Below are positions 27,201 through 41,122 of a stretch of 64,000 bases of DNA, piece after piece (position 1 is the stretch's first letter; each line of letters opens with the position of its first letter). The notes under the pieces are model-generated. The model saw only the letters and a program-made list of their open reading frames with translations. It did no database searches and had not been told where the DNA came from. The stretch comes from Catajapyx aquilonaris (Eukaryota), in NCBI GenBank assembly GCA_000934665.2, contig KZ537994.1, positions 1 through 64,000 on the forward strand. Direction: 5' to 3'. Made by a program: the position numbers and the translations under genes.

Positions 27201-28390
27201 TGTGTGGATAAGCCAGATGCCATGTCACGTTGAATGAAGAGCCGGTCAGAAGATTCGTCCTCAGATCGCCTGGGACAAATAAAAATACATGTAACATACA
27301 GCATGGAAATGACGGAATGAATGAATAATATTATCCAAGGTGGAGTACACCATTTTCAAGGCGATTGACAACCTTGGCCGCTTGCAATAATTATAAAAGG
27401 ATTACAAGCACAATGTTATATGAGTGGCATTGTAAGGGTTATGGTAATCCAGATGGCGAAAGAGAAGTGCAGGTTAGAAGGTAAACCTTGCGTCCGTTTC
27501 TTGAAAACCGTACCGAAAATGTCCAAGGTCGCAGGTGACCTTTGAGGGGCTGGCTACTGTTCGGCAGCCTAAACATTCGCTGTATAGTTAGACCTTCCTC
27601 CCAAGGAGCACTTATTGTGTCCTTCAGGATCTTTTTCTTCATTCTGGCTACGGGTGGCTACACTCATCTGCATGCAGCTCAAAGTGACTCAGAATATCAT
27701 GCAACCTCTAAGTGACAGAAAACAGTACCGCAAATACAAGTACTTGACAAGTTTTAGTTACCTATTTCGAATGAAAAGAAACGAATATGTCCAATTGTGC
27801 ATGGTGGGCACCTTAGAGAAAATAAGATTTTCTTTTCAATATTTCGAGTTGGTAATGATGGATTGTAAAATTGTTATTCACTTCCTGTGTTCTGTTTCTT
27901 ATCAAATACATTTCGTTTATTAATAGCGGAAGTCTATTAATAATCCAAGGTTTTTCTAAATTGTTCAGTGAAAAGATGTCCTGTTTCAGTGTTTGAAAGT
28001 CGGCAATAAGCGCATCTCGGCCCGGATTTCAAGTAATGATATCCGACGCGACGCAATTAGACCTGCAACGACAGCTCTTCACGCTTTCTGAGTTAAGTGT
28101 CACCAGAGAAAGACTCAAATCCAATGGCTCTATTTATAACTCCCCCACAGTTATCTTTCGCAATTGTACCCTTGTAAAGGAAAAAGTATACGTCAGCCAC
28201 ATCTTATTCGCCACTGATGATTACCTTTTGGCATTCCACAAGGAGCCTTGGTCCGGGCGTTATCCAGGAAGTCGAGGTCGTATTTTCGAGCTGGAGGAAA
28301 GGTGAGGGCTACGTGGGCATCGCAAGTTGCCAGAAGTGTCAACAACACCACCAGCTTCTGCACCACAGCAAGCCATCTGCAGGAGCCCAT
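18256..28390 (-). CDS. nahoda: Nahoda-like type I membrane protein: signal peptide, His-brace/LPMO-like domain, 2 EGF-like, DOMON (split by Pro-Glu insert), DOMON, SEA-like, TM, cytoplasmic tail
   Basis: Phase-consistent exons 28390-28225, 27269-27199, 27043-26946, 26872-26739, 25128-24907, 24255-23917, 23647-23261, 22972-22900, 22822-22761, 22655-22461, 22392-22144, 22077-21874, 21797-21580, 21506-21315, 21241-21091, 21014-20810, 20733-20558, 20488-20307, 18729-18256. DOMON motifs LYW..IEVVM..YAAIGW / MDCTDIV / TILFRKKL and AKW..IRFTI..WTGIGFS..M..DAILGW. EGF-like cysteine spacing. [22 protein letters not shown]. The family name is from recollection of Drosophila nahoda. Confidence 0.85.
20029..20133 (-). 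CDS. Putative alternative terminal exon of the nahoda-like gene ([34 protein letters not shown])
   Basis: TTGTACAG acceptor, phase 0 matching the donor at 20307, 35 codons ending in TAA, GC-rich island in an AT-rich intron. Confidence 0.5.
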   Translation of the reverse strand, partial: VHPSSNGYTASPPEDPLIQPEREGADGGEESPVS

Positions 28391-31300
28391 TTTCAACTGA
28401 AACGAAAATGGCAAATAATGCATTTCGAAAATAAATGCAACTGGGTTATTAGAATCGGCATACGATCGTAATATGTATAGGCAGTTCGCTTAATCGCATA
28501 TGCAATAATCCGTATATATGCTTTTACTGAATTTCTATATTTTTTTGCCTACGTATAGCACTGCTTTAAAATTCGGTGAGTTGAGCGTGTTTCGATTGAA
28601 TATCTGATTCCCAATTACGTTTGGTGGTTAAGCCGGTCCTTGATGACGAGTTGTGCCAGTCCTTGGCCCAACCCTCCCAGCATTCCTTCCCCCATCAGGC
28701 AACAGCAGGCGCCCTTCTTACCTGCCTCCCTTATACTATACCATTGCAAAAATCGCAAGGTCAATCATTCAACGTACAAAATGCCAGCCATCTTGTTGAA
28801 AACTGTGACAAACAAAATCATTTCGTGTGCGTCCAATATGTCTTTCTTGACTGCGTAATATGAAGGGAGGAAGTGAAGTTTACATCATGCACCTGGCAAT
28901 TTGCTTCTGGTTCAATTGAAAATCTTTGGTGAGACGGAGGAGTCGTGAAAGGTGGCATGCTGATGCTTCTCTTCAGATCTGTTATTTGCATCTGGCGGGC
29001 TGCGTGACGTTCCCCGGAAGCGTGTTATGGCCATGTTAGTAAAGTCATCGTGTGTGCTCCTTGGTTTAGAGGATGTGACACATCAAAGGTTTTCGTGAAG
29101 CGTCCTGCACGGAAGCATACCATAAATAAGTGCAGCTACACGTAATGTCATTTTAAATCAATGAAGCGCTTTGGATCTAGTGTAAGAGAAAGTTCGTACT
29201 GAATGTAACTCAGCTAAAAAATAAAAATATTGGTACAAACCGCCGTAAACGTCGAAATACCGTATTTTGATTCACTACAGCAAATCATGTAATAATTCCA
29301 TGTAAAAAGCGCATTAGCGTTTTTGGACAACTCTAATAACGCCAACTCTAACAGGACATGGCCAGCATGATCCATATATCATCTCCGGAATGTGGGTACA
29401 CACAGAGCGGACATGCAGTCAGTCACTGTCCGTTATGCACTCATTTACTCAGACATTCACATCCGCAGTTAAATGTCTTTCTATTGCATCTTATGTATGC
29501 ATTGCCTGCATGCTCTACACACACTCAGACTGGGTATTGTACACCCACGTGCTCAATGACAAAGCCAACTGATTATCAACTTTGTCCATAAAGGCTTCCT
29601 ACGCTGCTGGGTACCCATACTTGAATGACAGGAACCCAAAGGTTCCCTTGGGATAGGCTTCCAGATTGATGGGTGGAATATACTGTACCCCGCCATGCAT
29701 TTCCTAAATAAACTTGCAGGTCTATAACCTCTTGTTTCCATCAATATTGCGATATTAATGGAATTTTAAATGAAACTTCAGTAGGCTTATTTCAAATTCT
29801 ATGGCACCATTTGAAGGATTGTACACCTCCATGCACGAACTATTGGCGTGTTATACTGTACAATGTTGATGACCCTTGTTACACAATAATTCCTTCAGCG
29901 AAGGCGGACTGCCTTAATAGCAATTGCCCTATAATTATCGGAACTTGCTGTAAAACATGCAATAAACTCCAATGCAAGTATATCGAAGTAAGTTGGAAGA
30001 ATAACCTTGCGAAAGCAGGTCAAGGAGTCATCTAGAATTAACACTAAGCTCCGCAACAACCGCACTTCTTTAAGAATTCTTTTTGTTTAGAAGGAAGGTC
30101 AAACTGAAACCGGATGGAAAAGTCGACGTAATAGAATTTTTCTACCACTATGCTTTTACTCCAATCGAGTAGTGAGCTCACATAACGCTGATTCAAAAAT
30201 CGTAAAACTGCCTGAGGGTGGTTTACCCCTTTTGTAATCACTTCCCAAAGGCCATTTACGATGACCGTTTGGTCTCCTTTATATGCCTCACAGCATGTGT
30301 TGAGCAACACTTTTCTAACGCATAACGGCTCACTGAAACACAAGAGGCCAATGTCACACATCCATTGATTTGCAAACCCCCCCCGCATTGCCCAATACAA
30401 ACGAAAGACCGGATTGTTATACCCAGCAACTAGTTTAAACCGACTTACTACACCCTAAACATAACAATCCGGTCCATTGTATATCTGCAGTTTCGACATC
30501 GCACACGGATAGATACGCTCTCTTCTCCTACTCCATTGCTTCCTGCTTGGATGCTCGGAGGGAATGATCATTGGAGCGGACATTATAAGCTGGTGGAATG
30601 TGGTGTCGAAATCCTATTTGAAGGAGAGCCTTTTTGCAGAAAGGTGCTGGGTAAATGCATCTATCTGGTGGTGCTGGATGGGGGAGGGGAAATCAAGGCC
30701 TTATGGCTTTTTTCTCTCTCTCTCTTCATGTTCTTGATCAGGTAGCAGCTGCGTACATTCCAATCCGAGTTTTTGTGCTTCCAGGGGGTCCCCTGGCCCA
30801 CTTTTACCTTCATTCTAATGGGAGAAAACTTACCCAGGCGGCAGGTGAGCGATTTCTCTTATCGCCAGCGCCTACGACAGACGGGTATACTTGGACTCAA
30901 ATTTTTCGTACGTAGGACCACACAGCACTGAAACTGTGTGGTACCACTTTTGAAGGGGAAAAGAAGTTTTTCGCACTTATTCAGTTCCGTCCAGTGGGAT
31001 TCAACAGATTTAACAAGGGCCAATTTATGGTCGTGGCGCATCCCCAAATCACAGTGATTTGTCTTCCGTCAAAATGTGTACCTGACTAGTTTTTTTAGCG
31101 ATAAAATGTAATGCACTTCATGGAAGCAAAGAAGGTACTTTCTCATTAAAAATGCGCAAAGGAGGAAGAAGAAATACCTGTTATTTGCGTAATCCACGGA
31201 CGTAACCTAGTGACACTTTCCCTTTCCTCGCTTATATCTATAATCTGTTGAAAACACACGCACACTATACACAGTAGAGCGTGTACAATGCAGGATGAAG

Positions 31301-34300
31301 TGGAGTAAGGAACTGCTGTATACAAGAGCTGTACTTCAGCGTACCCTCGGTAGACGTTCCGTCTAGCGAGGGAGTGTTTTTCTAATACAGTATGTATGTA
31401 ACACCATAATATATCTCTATGAGTCTATGTACTGTACTTTGAAAAATAATGTAGAGCCAAACCTATACACAAGACGTCACTGCCATCATTGAACATATGT
31501 TGCATCTCATGACCACTTGTGAATCGGGGACATATCAAATGGTTCAGATGACTGGAGGACTGAAACACATCTGTATGGCCTGTTTTGCCATATGTCATGA
31601 CATTTAGAGTGCCACAGTTCGTGAGTTTCTGGGTGGTACAATATGTATTTTGATAGTTCCCGTACGAGCTTTACTCTTGTTTCTCATCTATAAAATGCAA
31701 TAAATTTTTTTACTGAAATGGTGTCAAAAGTATGTAGCTGTGTTTTCTAAATATGCAATAAATAAGTAATAAATCTCTCGGATAGCTAAACAGACCCTGG
31801 CTTAAACCCTGGTATACTTTCAAACAGTGAATGGCCTACAGCCATCGGCTACACTGCGAGCACCTTCGTGCATACTTCAGTAAGGAGTGGTAGCCTACTA
31901 AATCTCAAGACCAACTATCAGAAGCGCTCTGCTTGCCTGAGAACTCAGTGATTTTATTGCCACTTTATTAACTCACCTGATGCATGAAACACCCTTGCGC
32001 TTATTCATTTTAATTGACAGACTCAAAGGTGCATTGAGAGTAATGTTCCACACAAATCACTCTGTACACTTGAGTCTATAACAGGTGCGTGAGACTAATG
32101 TGCGTATTTATTTTGCACATTAGGTGAACTGGGCATTTTTATGAATATTAATGAGATTTGGTTATATATTGTGTATATTGTATTTCGAATCAACACCAAG
32201 AGTGTTGTTATCTGGCTTAAATGAATCTTGTAATCCTCTCTAATCCACGTCCCTCCTTTATGTACTACACCGCCTTGATTTTCTTCTTTTTCCTCCCATA
32301 CGTTAATTCCAAAAGTGCCATTATTCTAGACGTCTCACAAAGGGTGTAATTTATCTACGTTTCCCTCTGGAAGTGTGAATATTCGTATTGTGTTAGGCGG
32401 AAAAATGGTTTCCTCCCATCAGCATGTACTGTTAACGAAACACATGACTCACTAGTCTCTTTCTTTCAAAAATTCATTCTCTGTATGCTGAATCAGTGAA
32501 TGAACTTTTACACAAAGTAAATTCCCCGCAGTGACCCCTAGCTTTATGGGCAGGTGATAGACTTTGGAGCTCCTTTGTCGGCAGCGCTAACTAGTCTCGA
32601 ACGCGTGGCTCACCTGCACGTTGTCGGCCATATTCCTCGCATGAGAGACCATGTGTGTGCATCGGTCCAATATGACATCACGTACTTGCTCTTTCGCCGT
32701 TTCGATTCAGCAATTCCATCCTCCTGGGAGAATCGGGTACAATATCTATTTTTAAGACCGGTTCAACGAAATTGCCCGGCGGTCAGCACATAACGCTACA
32801 TACCAAAAAACTGGTTATAAATAATACAAAGTGCTGGACGATATTTTTTTACATCATGAGAATCAGCAGATATTATCGCACTCCTTGGTGGGTAACATTT
32901 TTTTTGTAAGTCGAGAGACTCTAAAGACTACCGTTGCAGCGAATGGCAAATTCAGCTGGAGTTGAGCGTAGTTCCTTTGCCCCTCTGAGTTATATGAGGA
33001 AAAGAACTTTTAATTCTCTCTAGCCAAACACTCACACATGCCACACACAATACTTGCCAATTATAAGACCATTAAGATTTTTCGTTCCATTCCGATATCA
33101 TTTGGGTCAATGAACCACCCCCGACTCTGTTTGTACCATCTCTTTTGCAACATTGCTGAGTTACAATACCTGCAACTTCCATAACCAATCCGGTGGCACA
33201 CCACAAGTTTTTTATACGTAATATTCACAACAAGTGCACGTTTTTCATATGCACCTTTGCCGGTCTCTGGGGTTTTTTTTTACCTTCCGGATTGATCCCA
33301 CACACTAACTAAAGCACAACCAGCAGTAAATTAAGCCTTGCCTCATATTGATCGGTAAATATAGCTACCTAGTGCCCATATCGATGCCCAAGCGAGCGTC
33401 AACCTTTTCCTATGCCATGTGCCTGAAAAGACTGTATGGATTTAAGCTGCATATTTAAAAAAAAAAAAAACATTTTATAAAAATAGTCGAGCGTATAGGT
33501 ACGCGAGTGCGATACTAACATGGAAATTATGCACATAAGTAGGCGTTCCCGTGCACGCTGGTTGAGTGCAGGGGCCATGGGACTGTAAGCACCACCGCCT
33601 TGGCACAACACACTCGGAGAAACATGGTGGTGTATAGCCAAAAGAGTGAGGCAGTGTCGTTGAACTCCTGGCACGCGACCACCACCTCAGACTGTACTAT
33701 GCTGCTGACTTCCCCCCAGAAACCATTATTGTCCCTCACTCATATTTGTTTCATGCAACTTCCGATGCCGCGGGAAGATCTGACGCTGCTACATTTCTCT
33801 ACAGGGTGACCCAAGTTCACAGGGAAACCAAATCTTGTTAACTTGCTTGAAGCGACATGCACATGTCACATGAATTTAAAGTAGTTGCTGGGGCGAACGA
33901 TTCATATTTTCTTCCTTTAAGCTGCACCACCTTGTACATTGTGCAGTATTTCCTCCTCATTGAACTTTCATTGCTTTCCGTCCCTCTTGAGTTTCATGTA
34001 CATAGCCATTGCTCGTTCAGGCTTGCTGCTGACTCGTACTGTACTGTACATCTGATATTGGAAATCGCAGAAGGAATCGTGCAGGTGGTGTGTCGATACG
34101 CTGCAATGTCCTGCACGGTTTCAGATGAAAATTAGTGCTATGGCCACTTGCAACGCATTACTTCAATTAGCATGGCATAATCCTGCGCAAATCCAATCCA
34201 AGGTGATCTTAAGGGTAAAAAACTGTGGAGTGCAGTACTTCCTTATATGAATAGCAATAGTATAGCTTGAATTCGAGTAACATCCGTCGCTGCTTAGATC

Positions 34301-36863
34301 TTTTTGGGCTCTAATACCTGTAGAGACCATTTCTCAAAAAAAAAAGAAACATTTTATCGTGTACATATCAGTACAGCAGAGATATCTCCCTGGCATTACA
34401 ATAATCTGAACCAAATTACATTTACAGCCTGACAATGTTCACTGACAATGTGTGCATAAATCTTCCACTTAAACAATGAGGTTTCAACAACAATGTTACT
34501 GATGAATGAAGGTTACTGCCAATATCCACGAAGAAGAAAAGCATGTCACGAGTGAACGTCACACTTTCATACACCTCACCAGTTTCCAGTTTTTGTTCAA
34601 AAATTTCGAGTGTTCCTGATGGCTGTTCAGCTTGGCCCTCAACGTGCACACGCACCTTGGCCATACCCATGCGACGTCTAGGCAACGCCAGTAGCTGTCA
34701 TTGACCTCATTGACGTTACTCAACGACACTTCTTCGTCGCATGCGGAAGGCCTCGTCGCAACTATAGCACTAATGCAGTGGCGTACCCAGAAAAATAGTA
34801 ACTGCTTCCAGGATTAGCTGCAAACAAACTAATAAAGCGGCCAAGTTGTCGCCATGTAAAGTGGACCTATTTAATAAATTAGTAATAATGTTCAGGAGTA
34901 TTTCTATTCTACAAAGAAGTATTTTTTTATCGGCTGAGAATGAACTAAAATAAACGACGGAGAGAAGTGGGACAGCCATTGTGTTCCAGATAAAGCCTAA
35001 TTTATAAGTAATACACCTACTTTTTGCAGGGTGTAATGGGAGATCATTATCTGCCTATATCTAGAAGTTGACAGCCAGTGAGTTCAAATATTCATTGGGT
35101 GCAGATGAAGAGAAAGGTCGCTACATGCAGAGTTTCATACCGCAGTGCAGCTTGAGTGGAGATCATATTTCACATACCTGTTTTTGAACAAATGAGGGAC
35201 ACTTTTCTCCTGCCAAAAAACGGTAGAAAAATCTAGTGACAAGTGTTACTGTGTACCAAACTCGCCTACAAAAAAGAAAAAGAAAAGGTGTTCACTGATG
35301 CGTGCGAGAGAGAACTGAAGGTCTTCTCTCTAAAATCACCAACATGGTGTCACATTTGGTTTAGGCAAATGAGGTGTATGTGCCGAGGGCTAATTAGTTC
35401 CCTTGGCTTTAGTGATGGATGATAATGTAATCTGACCATGGAGAATAATTATTGCAGTTGAAACCTACGAGGGTACAATAAAGTGTCTTAATGCAGTGTA
35501 CAATAATTGAGATCTTCTGGTAATGAATGTACTGAAAATGAGTGCGGGAAATAAACTTTATGCGAATGTACAATGCAATTCAATAATAATATTCAAGAAT
35601 GTGCCGCTAATTCATTTGGGCTGCTGATGACACGGACAATATTTGCATAAGTTTACCGGCATATTCTGTAAAATTATCACCAGTTTACAAACCTATTCAC
35701 CATGTAAGTTTGGTGGGCAAAATTTCACCCTAAAGTTGTGCCAGTTTCGATCAGGAAAGTTCAGATTGTTATATGTAGACTATAAAATAGTGCAACGGAT
35801 CACTAATATTATGCTAATGAATGCAAAAAAATACAACTGACCGACACGATTTTCGCACTGAAATAAGTTATCTAATTTTCAGACTAATACCGCCAAAGTA
35901 GTGTTACAGTGGAATAATGCATTCTGTCAATTTTTGCAATGCAGATGTTCCCTTTTACCGTAAAAACTTGATTATATCCTGTCACACAAGTAGGCCTACA
36001 TACCTAAGGTTGTGACGATCAGTTACAATAGAAAAAGTGCATGCCATTGACAGTTACACTGCATATGAAAGTGCAATTACATCCAACGTTAGTTGGTTAT
36101 ACTGTGGGTCATCTTATGGAGACAAGACACTTTCAATACAGATAATACCGGCCTCTTGCAGACTAATCAGTTGTGCTTGCAATTAGTGTCAAAATCGCTG
36201 CCAATTTATATATTTCCAGATACGTTTAATATCATTATTTTGGTACTGATAAAAATACTTACTGATCGTCCTTATTCCGATCCCACATCAATAGAGAGAA
36301 GCGATGAAAGGGCCAGAGGATTACGGTAGTTGTTGGCAAGACTACTACAACCTGGTCTTGCGGAGGAGATAATTTCCCTTGTAAGTAGTCAGACAGTGTG
36401 GGACAATATTACGGTATCCAGGACATGCTAACGTAAGACGTGGATTAGCCCCGAGGGGCCAAAAAAACCATTTACTTAATCTGTTTACATCCGAAAAACA
36501 CTCGCAACTCAACCCGGTTCTAATGCAAGACTGGAAAATCTCTAGCACCTTACAATCTCCCCCTAATCTATAATTTAGTCATCCAGTCCCAACTTCTCCA
36601 GCCTATACTTTGCATAAGATCGTGGCGGCATCTCAGGAATTCTCAAGAGAACGAAGATGCGGCTCGCAGAAAAAAAAAATGTGACTCAGGTATCAAAACC
36701 GGCCTGTGACGTCACCCAAAAAAATCTCGCCAATATTGTTGTCGCTCAAATAATTGTTTCTCAAGCTTCCTTGAACTACACGTCATCACGCAAATTGCAT
36801 GAATCTTCTTCCTTTCACGAATGTGTACATTTCTCTCAGGAGGAAAACGTGGTGGTACATTAC

Positions 36864-37200
36864 CTGCAGTTGTTGTTTGCAGTTGGATCCACCTGCAGCA
36901 GCTTCCTACCTACCACACACACCACGCACAACACTCTGAGGACTCTCTCTCTCTCCTTCTCCTTCCTCCACTTCACCCGACTGGCCAAGGACTGCACCCA
37001 CCCCCAAGGTGCACCTCCCCCACCACTACCACCACCTCTTTTTCCACCTGCCTTCACCCACCTCTACCTGCCGAAGGAGTTTTTGCAGCGTTGCCTTGGT
37101 GAGAGGAGGAAATTCCAGGGGGTGTTGTTGGCAACAGCGCAGGCCTATGACCAGGCGCACCTGTACGTGTGTGTATGTGTGTGAGCACAGCGAAAGAAGG
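36864..37200 (-). other. Possible non-coding first exon/promoter of the nahoda-like gene
   Basis: Purine-rich segment ending in CAG|GTAATG on the minus strand. The first coding exon has an acceptor (TTTCAG) just upstream of its ATG, so a 5' exon is needed. Confidence 0.35.
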
Positions 37201-40200
37201 AAGGAGTCCAGGGGCAAGTTTGCGTAATAGATAGTGACAACTGGGTTGAGCCATCTTCCCCCCACCTCGCGAAAGCTGATTAGCGACTGGTAATTGAAAG
37301 GGGGGAGGTCGAAAAGGGACATAATTATGGGGCGTTGCATAAAAAGGTTTTTGGGGACATCGGTTGTTGGACAGGTGGACACATTTTTGTACTTTGCATA
37401 CACCAGGTAGCATGAGACATGCAAATGAAAGTAGCAGATTGCAAATATTTCCTTTCACTGGCAAACATTAGTTTTTTTCTCATTTTCTAAATGTGTATAC
37501 AGTGCGAATTCACTTACATTCCTAATTGTAAAACCTGCCCCCCCCCCCCCAAAGACAAGTGGCCTGAAAACGGGGTATAAAATAAAAATAAAAATAGTTT
37601 TTCTCGTTTTCCTTTTTATGTTTATTAGTTATTTTCAACAACCTCTGTTCATCGTCTGGTGTGTTTTTCTCTTCGTCTACGTTGCTCATTATTCTGAATT
37701 AAGTGCAATTAGGCACTAATGTAATAACAGAAGAATTGAAGGCGCCTGTTGTCAAAAATTCCAACTCAAGAGCTTGGGTGAAATTTTACAGAAGGAAAAG
37801 CCGAAAAGTGGGTGGCATACAATTGTGCATGCATATACTAAAGCGCTTTGTGTGCCAGCAAAATACAGTTACATTTATGGCGCAGGTAATCATTAACATT
37901 ATTGTCTGGAACTTGAAGGATAATATATTATGTCCATCCTAAAAGTACACCAGTAACGCCGGAAAAGTATAGGTATATATTCGAAGAAAGTAATAACAAA
38001 TTGTTTTCAAAGTAGCAAGGATGGTTTATCGTATACTTTCATCGCAAGCTAAGAGTCTCCAGGGAAATAGGTTTTCCTTTGGGTGAAGGGTTTTTGTTCA
38101 GTTGCACGATATCTGTTATTGTGGTGGGTCCGATGCAAAATATTTCAGAGGATTGTAACCTATGCCACACTATATAGAAGTGGTTCCATTTAAATCCCGA
38201 GAGAGTTTATTTTTGGAACTAAGCGTCACATGTCCCCCCCTCTTTGTCTTTTAGTTCATACAAAATGTCGACAACCAGCAGGCAGCAGACGCCCATTGAA
38301 TTCCCGGATAACTGCCATTGTCTATAGCAGTCTGGTGGGCTGAACTTTCAATGTATTGATCGCTGAGATGGAGAGTTATAGCGATACAATTCCCTAAGGT
38401 ATTCGTTGTGTCATCGTTAACATCAGGTCAAAAACCTCTAGTCTCCAGACCTGGCGAATGCTTCCAAAAAATCTAATGCACTTGAAATAATATTCAGCAT
38501 TATACAAAAAAAAAGGCAACTGGCTCCATCCTCATTCGATTACGTCTGACATGGCTATAAATCCCTTAATAGCACTGACGTTATATAGCAGTTTTATTTT
38601 CCCCTTGGTATTTAGTCTACCGCATAAAAGAAGAATAATGGGCCCCACTAGCCCAGGGCCCAAGTGACCGGTACAACCCGAAGCAATTCAAATGATTCAA
38701 TTATCGTCATTACCTCAAGGTATCATTACGCTGTCAGACAGGATCTTCCTGATATCAAGTTTGACATATCAAAAATGAGTAGCTAAAAATCAGTGTTATT
38801 ACATTCGAAAATTAAAATCCACCTTCATGTAACCTTGCAGTCATAATATCGGGCGTTTAAAAATTTAATATCGACTGGACCACGTCACTCCAGTGCATGA
38901 TCTTGCATGTTGTGTCAGCACGTATATAGGAATGGGCAATGCCTCTGTTCTGGTGAAGTAAGGAGGGGGAGGTGTAGTAGTTGTTAATTATTAGTTTTTG
39001 GAAGGTCAACCTGCTTTGCCCCTGAAGGACGACGACTCACCCTGGACACCCGGGAGCAGCACGTGTAATTTCCAGGATTTCCAAAGTGGCATTCTTAGAC
39101 AAAAAATTTCTTAGAAATGCTACTCTCCAACTCTTCTGGTCTAACCATGGCAAAAGTACAGGCAACACTGCTAGTTTTCTCGCTGTAGTAATGTAAGATA
39201 TAGGCAAATGCCAAACTGCAGAAAAAAATTTGATTGATAGCCCTGTTTGAACAGGTGTACATGATTGGTAGGCGTTTGCATTATTTGTCAGCAGAGCAAT
39301 GTTACCATCAATCGTCCTTTGTTCTTGAAAGTGCGTCTGAAAGTCGCATCTCTATACCAACAGGCTGATTAGGGGTGCGTGTTATAGTACATCCGATAGT
39401 CTTCACGTGGTAAAACATGTCAATCATTGAACACGACGGTTCATGTTTGATTCAAAGAGGTCGCGTGAGAAGCTGCGTGTTGTAACAGACAATGTCACAT
39501 TGTGCGCAAAAAAAAAAAAAAAATGGTAGTAACGAATGAGGCGTGCGATATTCTCGAGGACTTTGCGTGAGAGAAGGTTGTGGAAGTCCACGTTCGATTT
39601 TTGCACATTATTATTCAGATGTCACAGCATGCAGAGCGTGCGTATGTCTATACTAATTATATAGCGGTTGTGGTTGGCCATGCTGCATAGTCCTTAATTA
39701 GCAGCATGGCTGATTTTCTAAGATTCAGACTTCGGAAGACTTCGTATTGTAACGGTGGGAATAGTGGTCAGTATCATTAGGGATGCAACTATTTAATTAA
39801 TGGTATAGGATTGATTGCATGGTGTTGGATTGTGTGGGCCGTGGTGAATCGGTGTGATTGATTGCTGGTGATCGAAGGGTGGCGAGAGTCATGGGTAATT
39901 ATCCTTCGGTCTGCTGCTTCCGCATTGCAGTTCGCGGAACGTATTATGCAAAAAGTACGGGCCGACACACAATGTTGGTATCGTTTTGCCAATCGGATTA
40001 TTTCGCAGGAGGTTGATGCACATGACCTAAACATCTGGGGCATTATGCAAGAGGCTCCAATATGCAACAAAAAGTATTAAAAAATTATGTGTTATAATCC
40101 AGCAATGAATCATTATCACATTTATCTCGAACGAAAGGGTCAAGCCACACTTTGAGCAAAAAAGATGTGCTCCACACTGAATGTGTGTAGACAAAATTTC

Positions 40201-41014
40201 ACTGGATGAGATGTGATGTCTTTGAATTGAAAAAAAATTGGGTTGTCTTATAAAATGTAACTGATATCTGTCAGCACATTATTATTCACAGAAAGTGCAG
40301 TTGTTTCAATGATGCCCAAAATAATCTTCCCACCAAGCAAGAAAAATTCAGATCCTTTTAAAAATACGTACCTGCATGATGGTGGAAAGGATATTGTCAA
40401 GCTTCATTCATAAGCTTATAATACAGTCTAGCTTTTTGCCATTTAAACTCCATAATGGAGATATTATCGAACAATAACGACCTTCATAGGTGAATTAATT
40501 ATTAGGAATTATTCAACAGCTTGTGAGTCTTGGACACTACCTGCTGGCCAAATGTCCAGTAGAATATTACCTAACACCTACAGAGAAGATTGTATTTGTA
40601 CCTACATTGAAACCCAATATCCACTGCAATCAAGGCATAGCAAAAATCAACTAGAAACTTCATCACCACCAAATCCTTATAAAATAGGCATTCAAGTTCC
40701 ACCATGCTACATATACTTGTTAATTTGTAAATTTTTACCACACTCATTCAGAGTACTTCTGAAATGCGCCCTATTTCAGCACATCTCTTTCTTTCTGACT
40801 TATCCTGAAAATCTGGAAACCATAAGAATCAACTGCACCCCACCTGCAGTAACGGTAGCATTGAAGTTATTGCCTCAAATTGGGCACACATTTTGAGTCC
40901 TCTTACTTTCAAATTATGTTGGTTGGTTGTTTGATTAGGGGGAGCCAAAGAAACTAAGGATATCTCACATATCTGGCATAAGGGAAGGTGAGAGGGGAAG
41001 ACGGATTTTCATAC

Positions 41015-41122
41015 TGTGGAAGGAAATGGGAGAACCCCCCAAGAAAACCCATATGAACACAGGCAGAACCTCTTGGAGCTCTTTCCATACAAGAATCTTC
41101 TGTCTGACACAGGGATTTCAAA
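41015..41122 (-). mobile_element. Degenerate copy of the tRNA-derived SINE at 55589-55864
   Basis: GGAAATGGGAGAACCCCCCAAGAAAACCCATATGAACACAGG...GACACAGGGATTTCAA aligns by eye with 55705-55802. Confidence 0.6.

Noticed and set aside
28500..36600. Possible nested genes or an autonomous transposon in the long intron
   Set aside because: Only short ORFs without recognisable motifs or consistent splice phases were visible.
36657..37464. Overlapping ORFs on both strands
   Set aside because: Low-complexity purine/pyrimidine tract; better explained as UTR/promoter.
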